Assembly (NCBI GenBank): GCA_015493635.1
Contig: WGCU01000076.1
Span: 1 to 35,674 of the forward strand
Reading direction: 5' to 3'
DNA length: 35,674 bases
Source: Spirochaetaceae bacterium
Lineage (GTDB): Bacteria; Spirochaetota; Spirochaetia; B11-G9
Shown: positions 35,526-35,674 of the stretch, piece after piece
Layout: the number at the start of each line of letters is the position of its first letter
Numbering within the stretch: position 1 is the first letter of the stretch
Translations under genes and position numbers: made by a program
The notes under the pieces: model-generated
Database searches by the model: none
The model's input: the letters and a program-made list of their open reading frames with translations, nothing else
Told to the model about the DNA's origin: nothing

Positions 35526-35674
35526 GAGCTTTTTGCGAAGTACCCCATTTTAGCGAAATAATACATGACAATATTTATAATAGAATGTCCGTTGTATCAA
35601 GATGACCTCTATTTTATTGAATTTCCTCTTCTCAAAGGTAAAATCAGTACTTTTTTTGTGATTTTAGGCTCCTG
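35526..35674. repeat. Right copy of the perfect 149-bp terminal inverted repeat, in inverted orientation relative to 1-149.
   Basis: This is the exact reverse complement of 1-149. It begins 67 bp upstream of the PFOR start codon. Confidence 0.95.

Noticed and set aside
1-35674. Interpreting the terminal inverted repeats as telomeres of a linear plasmid or phage-like linear replicon, or as a giant transposon.
   Set aside because: No replication, partition, telomere-resolvase, protein-priming polymerase, transposase or integrase genes are present. The content is chromosomal housekeeping, including RlmKL, PFOR and Lol-like genes. The repeats are more plausibly an inverted duplication or an assembly-boundary effect. 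The idea is kept only as a remote alternative under the first finding.
1-35674. CRISPR arrays, rRNA genes, prophage or defence-system genes.
   Set aside because: There are no regularly spaced direct repeats. No intergenic region is longer than about 240 bp. No nuclease, methylase, helicase or Cas-like ORFs were recognised.

Overview
This is a 35.7-kb, densely coding (about 88%) segment that looks like ordinary bacterial chromosome from an anaerobic diderm organism. It carries ferredoxin-dependent 2-oxoacid oxidoreductases, LolA-like and beta-barrel envelope proteins and many lipoproteins. My unverified impression from the protein sequences is Spirochaetota, Treponema-like. I can support about 33 CDSs, listed here left to right. 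The first is a stand-alone Hpt protein plus a REC-PAS-HisKA_2 hybrid histidine kinase. Next are a MalK/MsiK-type ABC ATPase and an orphan solute-binding lipoprotein. Then a TIGR01212 radical-SAM protein is tightly linked to a 520-aa unknown. A 7-gene minus-strand operon follows: GntR(YtrA-like), an SPFH/slipin protein, a LolD-like ATPase, two FtsX/MacB-type (LolC/LolE-like) permeases, a LolA-like protein and a signal-peptide beta-barrel candidate. After it come a small glycine-zipper membrane protein plus a lipoprotein. An APC-family permease follows, preceded by an attenuator-like leader and followed by a LicA/choline-kinase-like phosphotransferase. An SDR oxidoreductase lies downstream, then an unlisted 48-aa membrane-protein ORF. 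Further right, the rRNA methyltransferase RlmKL is translationally coupled to a NYN/OST-HTH protein. The oorDABC/korDABC 2-oxoacid:ferredoxin oxidoreductase and the tctCBA tripartite tricarboxylate transporter come next. They are followed by a DHH/DHHA2 PPX1-like phosphoesterase, a LysR regulator, a DUF47(PhoU-like)-PiT phosphate transporter pair and a 213-aa unknown. The segment ends with pyruvate:ferredoxin oxidoreductase (NifJ/PFOR). I found no rRNA, tRNA, CRISPR array, transposase, integrase or phage genes. The most striking feature that the genes do not explain is that the window is bounded by a perfect 149-bp terminal inverted repeat (1-149 versus 35526-35674). Each copy sits 63-67 bp upstream of an inward-facing operon (Hpt/kinase on the left, PFOR on the right), and there is no mobile-element gene content. 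I also flag several intrinsic terminators, a strong sigma70 promoter with an operator-like repeat for the GntR operon, a leader terminator in front of the permease gene, and a cluster of phosphate/polyphosphate-related genes.
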